A DNA stretch of 55,736 nucleotides, counting the filler, from Bipalium vagum (lineage: Eukaryota), in assembly GCA_037834085.1 (NCBI GenBank). It is 3 parts of 3 records of this genome, joined end to end, with 100 filler letters (N's around TTAATTAATTAA, not from the genome) between each part and the next. Parts side by side here need not be neighbours in the genome. Positions count along the whole stretch, not along the records: positions 37,346 to 55,736 come from JBBMKC010030312.1; 2 more parts are not named here. One strand, 5' to 3'. Every line of letters begins with the position of its first letter. Positions within the stretch are counted from its first letter, which is position 1. The position numbers were made by a program, and so were the translations under genes. The notes beneath the pieces were generated by a model. It was not told where the DNA came from. It saw only the letters and a program-made list of their open reading frames with translations, and searched no databases. Below, piece by piece: positions 53,843-55,736 of this stretch.

Positions 53843-55511
53843 TTGACCCTAAAATTATTCAACACTATAATACAAAGAAACACAATACCGAACCAATGGA
53901 AAAAATATAAGACAACACTTTCACTAAAACCAGGGAAAATAGAAAACTCACATATTATTTCATCATGGACACCCATAGCAATAATACAAACATCATACAC
54001 GATCTTTGCATTAATGCTCAACAATAGGAATCTAAAATGGATCAAAAATTTTAACCTAATAAACAGACACCAGAAAGCCTTGTTTTCCGACAACGGCTGC
54101 GCAGAACACAACGCAACAATAACAAGAATAATTGAGTACAGTAAACAAAAAAAACACAATACCACATATGTTTTTTGTATTTAGCAGAGGCTTTCCCCAG
54201 GATCCCACACGAACTACTTTGTGAAACACTAATAAGATCAGGACTGCCAAAGGACACAATAGAAATGCTAAAAACAATATACGCTGAAAACCAAACCTAT
54301 TACACACATCACCACCGCACCCATTAAGATACATAGAGGCGTCAAACAGGATTGCCCCCTGTCAATGACACTATTTCTTTTGGCCATAAATTTTTTATTA
54401 ACTAATATAGAAAACCAAGACCCTAAAATAAACGCATTTCACACTGGCTGGGTATGTCTGGCATATAGCGACGATATAGTAATATTAGCACCTACAAAAC
54501 CGGACTTACAAAACAAAATAAACAGAATCACCACATTGACTAATGGAATACGCCTTAGGTTTAGGCCAACAAAATGTGGATATCTAACAAATAAGTACAC
54601 AACCCCAATACATATATACGACCAGGAAATACCAATTGTTGACCCAGAAAATATATACACATATATAGGAGTTGCACATGGAGCAGACCTTAGGACCAGC
54701 ACAGATAAAATACTACAACAAAACATAACATATTTAGAAACAATAGCAAAAACAGAATTACACCCAGCTCAAATAATACACGCATACAAAACATTTATAC
54801 ACTCACGACTACCATTCCACATAGGAAATAGAGTAATTGACACACTAACATTATCATCAAAATCAGGAATACAAGCAGACAATAAGGAATATATTTAGGA
54901 AAATAACTGACTCATATCGCCTACAAAGCACAAACAAAGCATACATTTATGCACCCACAACACTAGGAGGATTACAAATAACTACTGCATATGATGACTA
55001 TCACATATGCAGCATAGTACAGGGACTAAGACTACTCACAAGCACGGACAACAAAACAAAATACTTCTGTAGGGAACACTTAAAGCACATCATCACAAGT
55101 AGGACAACCAAAAGCAATTTACCACCGGAAGAAGAAATGCTACAATGGTTAAGTGATAGGGTTACAATAGGATTAGACCACTCCACATGGTGGACCAAAA
55201 TAAGGACCACAATAAGATTACTGAGTAAAATAAACATGAATTGCGATTTCCACAATGCATTTGACGAGGATAGAAATACAAACACCCAATAATGAACTAG
55301 AGGCGTCAATATTTAATAGTGATTAGCTATGCACTACTTCAAAGCCTGGACAACACATAAATCACATGGAAAACTCACACCATGTTTCATTATGAACACA
55401 AAATCTAACACTATCTTAAACAAATATCACCTACCACCACCATTCATTCAGGTCAGGAACAATAATTTAGGACTAAACTACAGGACTCTGCTCACACTAG
55501 ATGCAGAATAG
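53843..55511 (+). mobile_element. R2-superfamily (NeSL/Utopia/R5-like) non-LTR reverse transcriptase relic
   Basis: SWTPIAI, HQKALF…GCAEHN, AFPRIPH, RGVKQDCPLS, LAYSDD, FRPTKC, YTYIG, LHPAQ and YAPTTLGGL. Several frameshifts. Truncated at both ends; no zinc-knuckle or RLE domain seen. Confidence 0.88.
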
Positions 55512-55736
55512 TTGGGGTCGTCTGACTATCTTGCCTGATTTGGAACCCGGAACCCAAAATTGGCTAAGAACATTTTTTATTTTCTATCTTCTTAATTTTA
55601 TTTTTAGTCAAACTTACCTCATGGTGTGCCTGTCACAGGGTACGTTTGTTCGATTGTACGATGGCGTTCGACGAGGGGACGATCACAATGACGCGAAAAC
55701 AGGAATACGAGGGGATGGTGTAAGAACTGGTCTTCC

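Noticed and set aside
55610-55700. U1 snRNA (aaacttacct start)
   Set aside because: No U1 stem-loop I GAUCA.GAAG loop or Sm site seen. It is better explained as a minus-strand splice donor.

Overview
AT-rich animal (eukaryotic) genomic DNA. A planarian or other flatworm origin is plausible from composition, short introns and the transposon spectrum, but this is inference. Two intact host genes are present: a two-exon Six3/6 (optix-class) homeobox gene (21672-23215, +) and a single-exon RBM12-like multi-RRM gene (42749-44995, +). Most of the rest is decayed mobile DNA: about ten mariner relics, maT/DD37D-like, DD37E-like, pogo/Tigger, Merlin (ISXO2/IS1016-like) and two hAT elements, two MITEs, a Ty3/Gypsy pol relic, and two R2-superfamily non-LTR relics. 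There are three assembly gaps. Two carry an artificial TTAATTAATTAA spacer, so linkage across them is unproven. The most notable observations are: (1) a 5'-truncated R2-clade retrotransposon joined not to rDNA but to an antisense tRNA-Ala-like sequence, precisely at the acceptor-stem boundary; (2) a three-level nest of DNA transposons at 9.4-13.4 kb; (3) a transposon-free zone with clustered homeodomain-type motifs around six3; and (4) an unassigned decayed ORF at 27.6-28.3 kb. No prokaryotic systems (CRISPR etc.) were seen.
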